This document shows, piece after piece, positions 12,601 to 23,705 of a DNA stretch of 64,000 nt; the stretch's first letter is position 1; every line of letters begins with the position of its first letter. Source of the DNA: Paraspadella gotoi (Eukaryota; Animalia; Chaetognatha); assembly GCA_051294375.1 (NCBI GenBank), contig CM119271.1, positions 3,193,061 to 3,257,060 on the forward strand. Reading direction: 5' to 3'. Below the pieces are notes generated by a model, which did no database searches, had not been told where the DNA came from, and saw nothing but the letters and a program-made list of their open reading frames with translations. Position numbers and translations under genes: made by a program.

Positions 12601-13401
12601 CGCATGGCACGAAGTAACACCCCCAGACAAGATGATCGACGCAAAAGGAGAAAGACATCGAAAATCCGGGGCCCATGAACGGCCACGGGGGGAGCGGCAA
12701 TAAGCAGGGCATCATCAAGGAGACGATGCCGGTTGCCAGCAAAAATCGTCAAGACAGGGGTCAAGGAGACGACGCGTGGGCGCCAAGACAACGCAGATCG
12801 ACGCCGTGAGTCGGTGGCGCTTCGGGATGCCGACGGGGGGAGTTTGGCGCTCATCAAATTTTCGAGCCAACTGAGTTGGCTGGGGTTCAAAGGAGATGCC
12901 AAGGAGACCGTCAGCTTACTTCACAAGGGTCGTCAAGCGAGCCGACTCATGGGGATAAAAAACTCGGTTGCATCTGAGTGGACAAAAATTTGCAGACGGG
13001 CTTTACTGCACAGGACGAAGAGCAGCGGTGCGGACGACCTCTTATTGTATTAGTGTCCGTGTACGTACAGGGGAGTGTTAAGAGAGGTCGTGCGCGCGTG
13101 AAATCTGGCGTCGTAACGTAAACAAATGATTTTTGCTTAGCGTTCGTCAAGGATTTAGAAAGGTGATACTGAGTTTGAAACGCGCCAGGATTCAAACGCT
13201 GCGGCAAGAAGATTAATAATTTTTCACACTCCCCGGAGATGCCTACTAAGTATGTTATTGACATGAAACTTATGAGAAATATGTTTGTTATGTTTATTAT
13301 GTTACTGAAGGTTTTTAACTCTACACTACATCACCGTTATCAACATGGGCGTTCTGAGTCAGGGAAATTCTAGTGCTGAGGCTATGAACAATACTAAATA
13401 T
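9650..13401 (+). mobile_element. LTR retroelement, ~3.75 kb, apparently non-autonomous (gag-like interior, no pol recognised)
   Basis: Direct repeats at 9650-10000 and 13076-13401 both start TGTTAAG. The purine tract AGGGGAG lies immediately before the right repeat. Flanks CCAGA/CCACA resemble a 5-bp TSD. The interior is frameshifted K/E/R-rich coding-like sequence. Confidence 0.75.
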
Positions 13402-13632
13402 CCACATTTAAGTTTTGCCTGCGATATTTCCAATTATGAACAAATAATTTTGTTTTCAGAAATTACAAGGATGTAACTTTTCCGCTTAGTCACCTAAACC
13501 TCACTTCTTGTCGATTCTAGTCAAAAAAACTGTTCTAAACTTTTATTTATGAGATTTTTTTTTATATATAAAAACCCGACCTCGTAATCTCGAATGGAGC
13601 CCGACTCTCTAATCTTTGAATCGAAACGAACC

Positions 13633-13663
<31 letters not shown>

Positions 13664-13837
13664 AAGCGGCTCCTTCCGTTTTCACGGAGCCGAGATCAAA
13701 CTCGCGCTTTTCTCATCGGATGGACGAAGAGTCATCCTCCATACCCCTGCGATGTACTCAAAATGGGTAAGGTCTTTAAATATTCCTATCTTTTTAACTT
13801 CTCCACGCCCAACATTCCTCCTCCTCGTAGTAAAAGA

Positions 13838-16800
13838 ATGACTCTCCGTCACAATTACCAAAGCCTCAACGGAGGCGCTGACGACCACGTGGGTCCCCAC
13901 TCGGACGACGAGATGCTCGACGTGACCACCACCACCCCCTCCGCCGAGAGGCGCGACAGGTGCTCGGGAGGTCAAGGGGATTGGCGAGCCTGGTGACGTT
14001 TTGTGTTTGGGATGGATTAAATAGGAACTTAAACGATTTCTAATGAATAATGTCGCATGCCCATCCTATCGTTTTTTCAATGCTCTTCCTCTCTTCTTCA
14101 GGATTGCTAACAGCGGTGGCGGTGGCGGCGGTCTCGTCGATTCGGACAAGGACATTCCCGAAGATCTTTACGGTGAATGCCGGTTTAAGGTGGATTCTTG
14201 AATTCCTTATTTTTTCGATTTTTTTCTCCCTCGATTTCTTAATATTTTCCTGTTCATAATCTTTTGTTTATTCGATCCTGGGTTTAACAGCCGAAATGGA
14301 CCTCGAAAGTACACAGATGTCCGATTATTATTGGCCAGGTTTTTGTTTGTTTCATTGCGTTGTTCCGTTTTATTTTTTTTGTTTTCAAGCCTTTCCACAG
14401 AAGAATGAATTCCCCCCCACAGTTAATGGGGCCTCGTCATATTTTCCGATCAAACAATCGAAAGAAAAATTAATGAGAAAAAAAATGATAAAAATAATGA
14501 GAAACGAATTATGTCAGAAATTTTAACGTCAATTCGATTTGCCTCATAACATCGGTGATTCTTTTTAGTTATTAAAACTGAACCAAGCACGGCTCCTTTC
14601 CCAGTCTTTTTAATTCCGGTTTAAATCTCATTCCCCTAACCCTTTCTCAACTTGGAAAGGAACATACGNNNNNNNNNNNNNNNNNNNNACCCTTTCTCAA
14701 CTTCGAAAGGAACATACGAGGATTTTCACACGATCGACTGGCAACGCGACGTGATACGCGATCGACTGCGGCACCGGATCATCTGGCGTCGCAAGGGCGA
14801 CTCGATCCGCGCTGCGTTGCGCTGCCTCTTCGACTCCCTCTCGGCCTGGGTCTGCGTCTCTGTCGTCGCCATCGTTGCTGGTTCGTTGGATTGATCGATT
14901 GATTTTGATTCATTCCAAGTGCTGCCCCAATCCCACCTCCACCCTTTCCCCAGGCACCGTCGCCGGAATCATCGACATCGGCACCACCTGGCTCTCCGAT
15001 CTGAAGAGCGGCATCTGCCCCTCCGCCTTCTGGCTCAACCGCGCCGGGTGTTGCTGGTCCTACAACGACACCGTCGTCGACGACTACGAATCCCTCTGCC
15101 CCGACTGGAAGACTTGGCCGGACGTATGGGGCTACGTCGGCTCGAGTCGTTCGCCGAGGTCCGACGCCGCCGCCTACACCATCTCCTTCATCATGTACGC
15201 GGCGATGGCGCTCATTTTTGGCGCCACTTCCGCCCTCCTCGTCCGCGTCTTTGCCCCTTACGCTTGCGGGTCTGGGATTCCCGAAATCAAGACCATTTTG
15301 TCCGGGTTCATCATTCGCGGGTGAGGATCCGAGGAAAGGTTTCGTGATTCTCGCGGCGATTTTTACTCTTCGCGTTTGTCTCCAGCTACCTCGGCAAGTG
15401 GACCCTTGTCATCAAGTCCATAGCGCTTATGCTCGCCGTCGCTTCGGGACTCTCCCTTGGCAAGGAAGGTCCTTTGGTGCACGTCGCTTGTTGCATCGGA
15501 AATATACTCGCCTATATCTTTCCCAAATACGGTTAGCGCCTTGGACCAAGGGGTTCATATTATATTAATAATATATATTTCCCATGTAAATATAATATTG
15601 TTATATAATTTTAAACAGGAAGAAACGAAGCGAAGAAAAGGGAGATTTTGTCGGCCGCGGCGGCGGCCGGCGTCAGCGTTGCCTTCGGCGCCCCCGTCGG
15701 TGAGAGAGAAAAGAGAAGAAAAGGAAAAGAAAACAGATGGGGAGAGGGGAGGAAAGAAAAAGAAAAGTATCTAATAAAAGTAAAAAGAAAAATGGGGAGG
15801 AAGGAAAGAAAGGAAGAAGAAATCAAGAAATGAGAGATGAGAGATTAATTGGCAATCGGGAAGAAAATAATAAAACCTTGTGGACGAACAACTACAACAC
15901 GCAACCTCGGTCAAACCGTTGATCTTACTCACAACCTTGCGTCCACAACCTCTTTTTTTTTCTCACAAAAAGGCGGAGTTCTTTTCTCCCTGGAGGAAGT
16001 CTCCTATTATTTCCCCCTGAAAACTTTGTGGCGAAGTTTTTTCTGCGCGCTGGTCGCCGCCTTCGTCCTTCGCTCCATCAACCCTTTCAACGATGAACAG
16101 GTTTCGCGACATTGTGGAGGACGAAAAAAGCCCTTTCAAATATTAAATATGATTAATATTAAATATTTTATATTTTTTCCCCCCAGGCCGTGATGTTTTT
16201 CATAAGCTATAACGATCCCTGGTACCTCTTCGAACTCATTCCCTTCGTGCTCATCGGCATCTTCGGCGGCGTCTGGGGCGCCATCTTCATCAAGGCCAAC
16301 ATCTTTTGGTGCCGCGTGAGGAAAAACACCATTTTGGGTGAGCGAGGGGGTTGGCGTTGTGAAATTACGAGTTAATTCTTGTGAAAAATTGAAATAACAT
16401 TTGTCTCGTTGATTAATTTGTTGTGAAATAAAGATTTTTAATGATCGTTGCAACGGTTGCAAGGTTTGACCCTTCTTGTCATGGAATTCGATCGATGTTG
16501 TTTGAATCCTCGCTTTCAGTTCCGGGGCTACACTTCTTGTTAAGTTCCCACTCCCTCTTTTTTCACACTCTTTCACCTCACCCCCTCCCCTCCAAAAAAA
16601 AAAATCAGGCAAAAGCCCCATCCTCGAAGTTCTCGGACTCGTAGCCTTGACGACGGTGTTCGCCTATCACATCCCTTTCACCCGGATGTCCGGCTCTGAA
16701 CTGATCAGCCTTCTCTTCGGCGAGTGCGACGCCCTCAACGAGAGTCAATCGCCGCTCTGCGACTTTGTCTTCGCCGAAAACGGAACCGGGGTCGGCGCCC

Positions 16801-17889
16801 ATGCCGGTGAGAAAGGAGGAGGAAGAAGAAGAAATGGAAGATGTAATAGCCTTCGACTGTTCGTTGATTTATTCAGTTTGGAAATCTACTTAGTCTTCGT
16901 CGCTGATTCTGTGATCGATCCGCGTCGTCAAAATAGAAAAAAGATATAAGGAGGAAACGCAGAAAATAATAAGAATCTCCGCAAAAATAATCCTTCACAG
17001 GCAACGCTGGTCCCGGCGTCCACAAAGCCATGTGGCAACTGTCGTTGGCTCTCATCTTCAAATGCGTCATCACCATTTTTACTTTCGGCGTGAAAACTCC
17101 CGCTGGACTCTTCATTCCGTCCATGGCCGTCGGTAAGATGCCCGCTGGTCTTTGATTTTTAAGCCGCTCTAACCCCACATCCTTCTGCTCCCCTCCCTCA
17201 TCTCAGGCGCCATCGTGGGTCGCATGGTCGGCGTCGGCGTCAACCAGCTCGTCTACACCTTCCCCGACTGGTACATCTTCCGCGCGGACTGCGCCAACCT
17301 GGAGGGGCAGCAGGTCTGCATCACCCCCGGCGTCTACGCGTTGGTCGGCGCCGCGGCGGCGCTGGGCGGCGTCACGCGGATGACCATCTCCCTCGTCGTC
17401 ATAATGTTCGAGCTCACGGGCGGCCTGACCTACATCATCCCCATCATGATGGCCTGCATGACGGCCAAGTGGGTGGGCGACGCCTTCGGAAAACGCGGCA
17501 TCTACGACGCTCACATCGAACTCAATCAATATCCTTACCTCGACAGCAAGAACTCCTTCGAGCACGCCACGCTGTCGGGTGAGTTTTTTCCAGTCGCTCC
17601 GGACGGAAAATTATTTAGGAAGACGGATGGATCATGTGTTTTTAGTTTTTCTCTTCATTTAATTTAGTTTAACGATTATGGAATTTACGATTTTGATTTC
17701 ATTTTTTTTGGTGTTTCTTATTCCTCACGTGACCCTTTGCCTTTTCCACTCAGGTCACGTGATGCGACCGAAGCCGGGAACCAACGAGCCTCCCTTGGTC
17801 GTCATCAAGCAAGAGGGAATGACCGTCCGCAACGTCAAGCTCATCCTGAGACAGAGCACTTACAACGGGTTTCCGGGTGAGTCGTCGTA

Positions 17890-17924
<35 letters not shown>

Positions 17925-18601
17925 GAGAATCTATAAACCTTTCCCAAATTTATCCATTTCTTCTTTTTCTTCTTCTTCTTCTTTCCTGTTGTCAGTGGTT
18001 GTGTCCGAAGAGTCCCAGTATCTCGTCGGCTTCGTCGCCCGCAAAGATTTGGCGGCGGCGATCGAGAACGCGGAGCGCGAAGAAGGCGACGCGGACGAGG
18101 CCGTCGTCTCCTTCACCGACGCCACGCCGGCCATTTCTATGCCGTCGGAGGGTGAGGGGCGGTGGGGAATTAGAGTGGGATTCCTGGGGTTGTGGCTTGT
18201 ACGGATGGTTCTTGGTGGGGGTCATGAGAGATTATCAAACATTACTCGTCTCTAATGATGAACGAAAATTCGGGTTGGTCAAGATTCAAATTCAAATCTT
18301 TCCTAAATACTAATAGGTCGGTTCTTGCGCCTTCGCCGCATATTAGACCTGGCCCCAATCACCATCACGGACCAAACCCCCATGGAGACCGTGGTGGACA
18401 TGTTCACCAAACTCGGCCTGCGACAGCTGCTGGTCACCCACAATGGGCGCCTTCTAGGTCAGTTTTTGTTCAAATTTGTTAAAGCTATTTTAAAAAAACT
18501 AATTCATTTTCTAATTTTACGCCTTTTTTTTTTCAGGCATCGTCACGAAAAAAGACGTGCTGAATCACATTCAAGCCATGAAGAGCATGGTCTATCGCTG
18601 A
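13838..18601 (+). CDS. CLC-3/4/5-family H+/Cl- exchanger with two CBS domains, about 16 exons
   Basis: Motifs [22 protein letters not shown] (gating Glu), [14 protein letters not shown] (proton Glu), [26 protein letters not shown] and [16 protein letters not shown], then CBS segments ending [21 protein letters not shown]. Introns are canonical. The gene spans the N-gap at 14669-14688. Confidence 0.95.
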
Positions 18602-19182
18602 AGCGTTTCGATAAGCAAGATGTGATTATTAATTAATAAAACCAAAAGCGAAAGAAATTTACCCTTGATATTTGATAAATAACTAAGGCCTTCGCAACCA
18701 CATTTTTTCCTAAAATCTCGACTTGGTGAATGGAAACGTTAAGGGACCGTTCAAAGCTTTTTTCACCTCTGCAAAACCTCCATCTCTATTTTTTTTTATT
18801 ACATTGCCTTATTTTACGATTCGATAGAGAGATAATTTTATTTTTTAAGCGCCGTATTTTGCACCGTATTTAAAAACAAATTTTTGTTCTTTGTCATCGA
18901 GCGTTTTTGAAATTCTAAAATACATCTTAACTACTTGTTACCGGGTTTTTCAATATAAACAGTAGATGTTAGACAGAGATAACTGAACAGTGAACACATG
19001 CGTTGCACATATGTAGAATCGTACGTGTCACAATTATGATGAATAAATCTATTTTTAGATATCATGATTGATATCATGATTGAAGATGACAGGAAGAGGA
19101 AAAGAGGAATGGAGGTCTTAAATTTGTAAGGGTGAGAATCAAAGAAAAAGGATTAATACAATTGCAAAGAATAATAATTCAT

Positions 19183-20167
19183 TAGAGCGTTGAAAAAATA
19201 CAAAAATAAACAAATCAAGTGAGGTACATAGCTATTTTAGTGTAAGGTATCTGTAGAATTCATGGTGATGACCATTTTTTTGTATAATTTTACTTTCTTG
19301 TCGAAAATAAGGGTTTTTTAATGTATATATATTAAAACCATTAATAAGTTATGGTAAATCAAATTATTAAAATTTTATAAATTTATATAGCTTTTGAAAA
19401 TATAAAAATAATGATTTATAAAAATATTTGTAATTTTATTTCTAAAATTTTATGTTTTATAAAAAGTTAGTTTAACTATATTTATTAATAATTATTGTGT
19501 AAAATTGCTAAGTTAAAAAAATAAGTAATTTCAAAATTTTTTCAATGGATTTTTCATTCTTTGCAAAAGTTGATATAAGAAAATACTAATTTTATATCAA
19601 AAATTATGTCATTAAGTTGGTCAAAATTCAGAAAAACTATAATTTAAGCCAAAAATTAAAAAATTAAAAAAAATAATAGTTGTTAATTTTTAACCCTACT
19701 TAATGAAAGAATTTTTTAAAATGTGATTTATATTTTCTTATATCAACTTTTGGTAAGGAATCAAATCTGGTTTTAAATTTTAAAAATTTTTATTTTTTCA
19801 CTTAGCTTTATTTTTTATTATTAATTTAATTAATAAAATATAGCTAACAAACTATCTAAAATATAAAAATTGTAATAAACTTTACCAAATATTTATATGG
19901 GTCTTATTTTCATAATTATGTAAGTTAAATATGGCTTTTATAAAATCTTAATAATTTGAGTTCCTTTATACTCTACAAATTTTTTACTCCTTTTAAAGCA
20001 CTTTATAATGCTGGCGAAAAATAGCGCGCACATTATCGGACAAAGAAGATAGAAACTAATACAAACAAAATGGTTATCATCATCGGAATTCTACAGACTT
20101 TATTACACTAAAATAGCTATGTACCTCACTTGATTTGTTTATATTTCGTTATTTTTCCAACGCCCTA
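19183..20167. mobile_element. hAT-type non-autonomous DNA transposon (MITE)
   Basis: About 100-bp imperfect TIRs (TAGAGCGTTGAAAAAATA... / ...TATTTTTCCAACGCCCTA) around an AT-rich interior. The 8-bp flanks are TAATTCAT and TTAATCAT. An empty site with a single TTAATCAT is present in the other duplicate arm near 23133-23140. Confidence 0.85.
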
Positions 20168-20178
20168 TTAATCATAAT

Positions 20179-20450
20179 AAAAATGAAGTTTCATTAATCG
20201 AATCATGAATGTGGATAATGTTGAGGTAGTATTTCATACCCCGTTACTCGTCCGAGAAATCAGCAGCACCTATGGCGCCGGAGGTAGCACGAGCTCCTCC
20301 CAACCCAAAAGACTCGGATTCGCGCCCTGCTGATTCACACAAGTAAAAGCGGGACGGAGCTTCCCACCTGTAGTGAGGGACTACAGCCGATCCGAAGTTC
20401 GGGACCTTGTGTGCAACGGACGGTGAACTGATCGCGGCATCGTCTTCCAC
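20179..20450 (-). ncRNA. Structured ncRNA candidate, 7SK-like (copy 1)
   Basis: Reverse-complement copy of 22858-23130. Confidence 0.45.
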
Positions 20451-21803
20451 TAAGTTAACATAAAATTCAATTGCTTATTAAACAGCTGAAACGGTATTAT
20501 ACACGGGCACACTTCGCGTTTGACTCTCAAAATTTCTTATCCGGGAAAAAGTGACGTTGCTTCGCTGAGGACAAAAGCCTCCGAATCGATTTTGAAAAGA
20601 GAGACGGGGAACAGATGAAAAATATAAGGGCGAAGAGACGGGATTATATAGGATGGATGAGCAAGAGACGGGTTAACCGTAAAAGATGGAAGGACAGATG
20701 TTGGATAGATTATGGAATAGACGGGGAACAGATGGTGTGACATTAAGGTTGTGACATAATCGTGACATAATCGTTCAATTAAAACGATTTCAAATCCTTA
20801 ACCTGGACGCGGTATCTCTGATTGATCAAATTTATAAATCTCATGCTCAAGACTCGACTGAAACTCGCTTTGGAAATGCGTTGTCCATTTAGTGTAAAAA
20901 AAACAAACTATAAACAACCGGGTAAAATTCATAATTTAACAAATTAACCAGAAATGTTCGTTTAGTCCGCGAGGTTGAACTCTCTCCGGATTTCGTTTCA
21001 ATCCGGAAATTTTTCTTTAAATTTTTTTTTCACTTTTTATCTTTTTTTCTGGAAAAATTCCTGTAAAGAGAAAAAGATTTACATCTCGAATTCATTTTCT
21101 AAGATGAGGGATAGTGTATTTCCAGGCGGCGGGGGTAGGATTGCTTGCCTGCTTGCTAGTTTTTTTTCTCTTTTTTCTCTCTCTCTCTCTCTGCTCTCTC
21201 TCTCTCTCTCTCTCTGCTCTCTTTTCAGCAGAGTGAGAGGGAGAGAGAGAGCTCTCTCTGTCTCTCCCTCTCACACCAGGCTCGAGTCACGAAAAAACAG
21301 CTTCGAGTCCAAACTTTTCAACCCTTTCTCGCGACTTTGGAGATTCGATGATAACCCGGGGTGACTCATCTCCAAACTCGCCCAACACCCCGTGACCCGA
21401 CAGTTCTTCGCGCATCGAGAGAATCGCGAAAAGATGCGTGGGATAATCTTCTTCTTCCTCGCATTTCGACTCTCTCTCTCTCTCTCTCTTTCTTTCTTCG
21501 CGATTTTTCAAATTTTGCGTGATTTTTTTCTTTCGCGTGGGCGTTGGACTGAAGTGATGAAACTAAAAAAAAATAANNNNNNNNNNNNNNNNNNNNNNNN
21601 NGTCTACTTCGCTCCGAATGAGTCACGCCCTTTGTTTACGTTTTAAAAATATAAAATCGGAAAAAAAGTTTCTCTCTTCCGCCAACGACTGTTGATAAGA
21701 GAAGCTGAAGATTCTGGACTTTTATTTATTTTTTTTAGTTTCATCACTTCAGTCCAACGCCCACGCGAAAGAAAAAAATCACGCAAAATTTGAAAAAATC
21801 GCG

Positions 21804-21843
<40 letters not shown>

Positions 21844-22100
21844 AAGGTCGAAATGCGAGGAAGAAGAAGATTATCCCACGCATCTTTTCGCGATTCTCTC
21901 GATGCGCGAAGAACTGTCGGGTCACGGGGTGTTGGGCGAGTTTGGGATTCGATGATACCGGGGTGATCATCGAATCTCCAAAGTCGCGAGAAAGGGTTGA
22001 AAAGTTTGGACTCGAAGCTGTTTTTTCGTGACTCGAGCCTGGTGTGAGAGGGAGAGACAGAGAGAGCTCTCTCTCTCCCTCTCACTCTGCTGAAAAGAGA

Positions 22101-22137
<37 letters not shown>

Positions 22138-22857
22138 AGAGAAAAAAACTAGCAAGCAGGCAAGCAAACCGACCCCCGCCGCCTGGAAATACGCTATCCC
22201 TCATCTTAGAAAATGAATTCGAGATCGTAATCTTTTTTTCTTTAACAGGAATTTTTCCAGAAAAAAGATAAAAAGTGAAAAAAAATTTAAAGAAAAATTT
22301 CCGGATTGAAACGAAATCCGGAGAGAGTTCAACCTCGGGGCTGAATGAACCATTTCTGGTTAATTTGTTAAATTATTAATTTTACCGGTTGTTTATAGTT
22401 TGTTTTTTTACACTAAATGGACAACGCATTTCCAAAGCGAGTTTCAGCCGAGTCTAGTCGAGCATGAGATTTATAAATTTGATCAATCAGAGATACCGCG
22501 TCCAGGTTAAGGATTTGAAATCGTTTTAATTGAACGATTATGTCACGATTATGTCACAACCTTAATGTCACACCATCTGTTCCCCGTCTATTCCATAATC
22601 TATCCAACATCTGTCCTTCCATCTTTTACGGTTAACCCGTCTCTTGCTCATCCATCCTATATAATCCCGTCTCTTCGCCCTTATATTTTTCATCTGTTCC
22701 CCGTCTCCTTTTCAAAATCGATTCGGAGGCTTTTCGTCCTCAGCGAAGCAACGTCACTTTTTCCCGGATAAGAAATTTTGAGAGTCAAACGCGAAGTGTG
22801 CCCGTGTATAATACCGTTTCAGCTGTTTAATAAGCAATTGAATTTTATGTTAACTTA

Positions 22858-23130
22858 GTGGAGGACGATGCCGCGATCAGTTCACCGTCCGTTGCACACA
22901 AGGTCCCGAACTTCGGATCGGGCTGTAGTCCCTCACTACAGGTGGGAAGCTCCGTCCCGCTTTTACTTGTGTGAATCAGCAGGGCGCGAATCCGAGTCTT
23001 TTGGGTTGGGAGGAGCTCGTGCTACCTCCGGCGCCATAGGTGCTGCTGATTCTCGGACGAGTAACGGGGTATGAAATAACTACCTCAACATTATCCACAT
23101 TCATGATTCGATTAATGAAACTTCATTTTT
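22858..23130 (+). ncRNA. Structured ncRNA candidate, 7SK-like (copy 2)
   Basis: GC-rich island in AT-rich DNA. The 5' GTGGA pairs with TCCAC (23094-98). A 5' hairpin pairs GATC/GATC and AGTTC/GAACT, and there is an AATCAGCAG/CTGCTGATT stem. A 3' hairpin TTCAT/ATGAA is followed by TTTTT, and an AT-rich TATA-like box lies near -30. Confidence 0.45.
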
Positions 23131-23705
23131 ATTATGATTAATTATTCTTTGCAATTGTATTAATCCTTTTTCTTTGATTCTCACCCTTACAAATTTAAGA
23201 CCTCCATTCCTCTTTCCTGTCATCTTCAATCATGATATCAATCATGATATCTAAAAATAGATTTATTCATCATAATTGTGACACGTACGATTCTACATAT
23301 GTGCAACGCATGTGTTCACTGTTCAGTTATCTCTGTCTAACATCTACTGTTTATATTGAAAAACCCGGTAACAAGTAGTTAAGATGTATTTTAGAATTTC
23401 AAAAACGCTCGATGAAAAGAACAAAAATTTGTTTTTAAATACGGTGCAAAATACGGCGCTTAAAAAATAAAATTATCTCTCTATCGAATCGTAAAATAAG
23501 GCAATGTATAAAAAAAATAGAGATGGAGGTTTTGCAGAGGGTGAAAAAAGCTTTGAACGGTCCCTTAACGTTTCCATTCACCAAGTCGAGATTTTAGGAA
23601 AAAATGTGGTTGCGAAGGCCTTAGTTATTTATCAAATATCAAGGGTAAATTTCTTTCGCTTTTGGTTTTATTAATTAATAATCACATCTTGCTTATCGAA
23701 ACGCT

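Noticed and set aside
14639-14718. Direct repeat ACCCTTTCTCAACTT.GAAAGGAACATACG either side of an N-run
   Set aside because: Typical unmerged contig overlap at a scaffold gap.
20222-20231. TGAGGTAGTA, identical to the start of let-7
   Set aside because: Only 10 nt match; the rest of the mature sequence and a pre-miRNA hairpin are missing.
22900-23075. RNase MRP/P reading of the structured RNA (AAGGTCCCG ... ACGGGGT)
   Set aside because: CR-I/CR-V match poorly and there is no room for a P3 hairpin; the 7SK-like reading fits better, though it is unproven.
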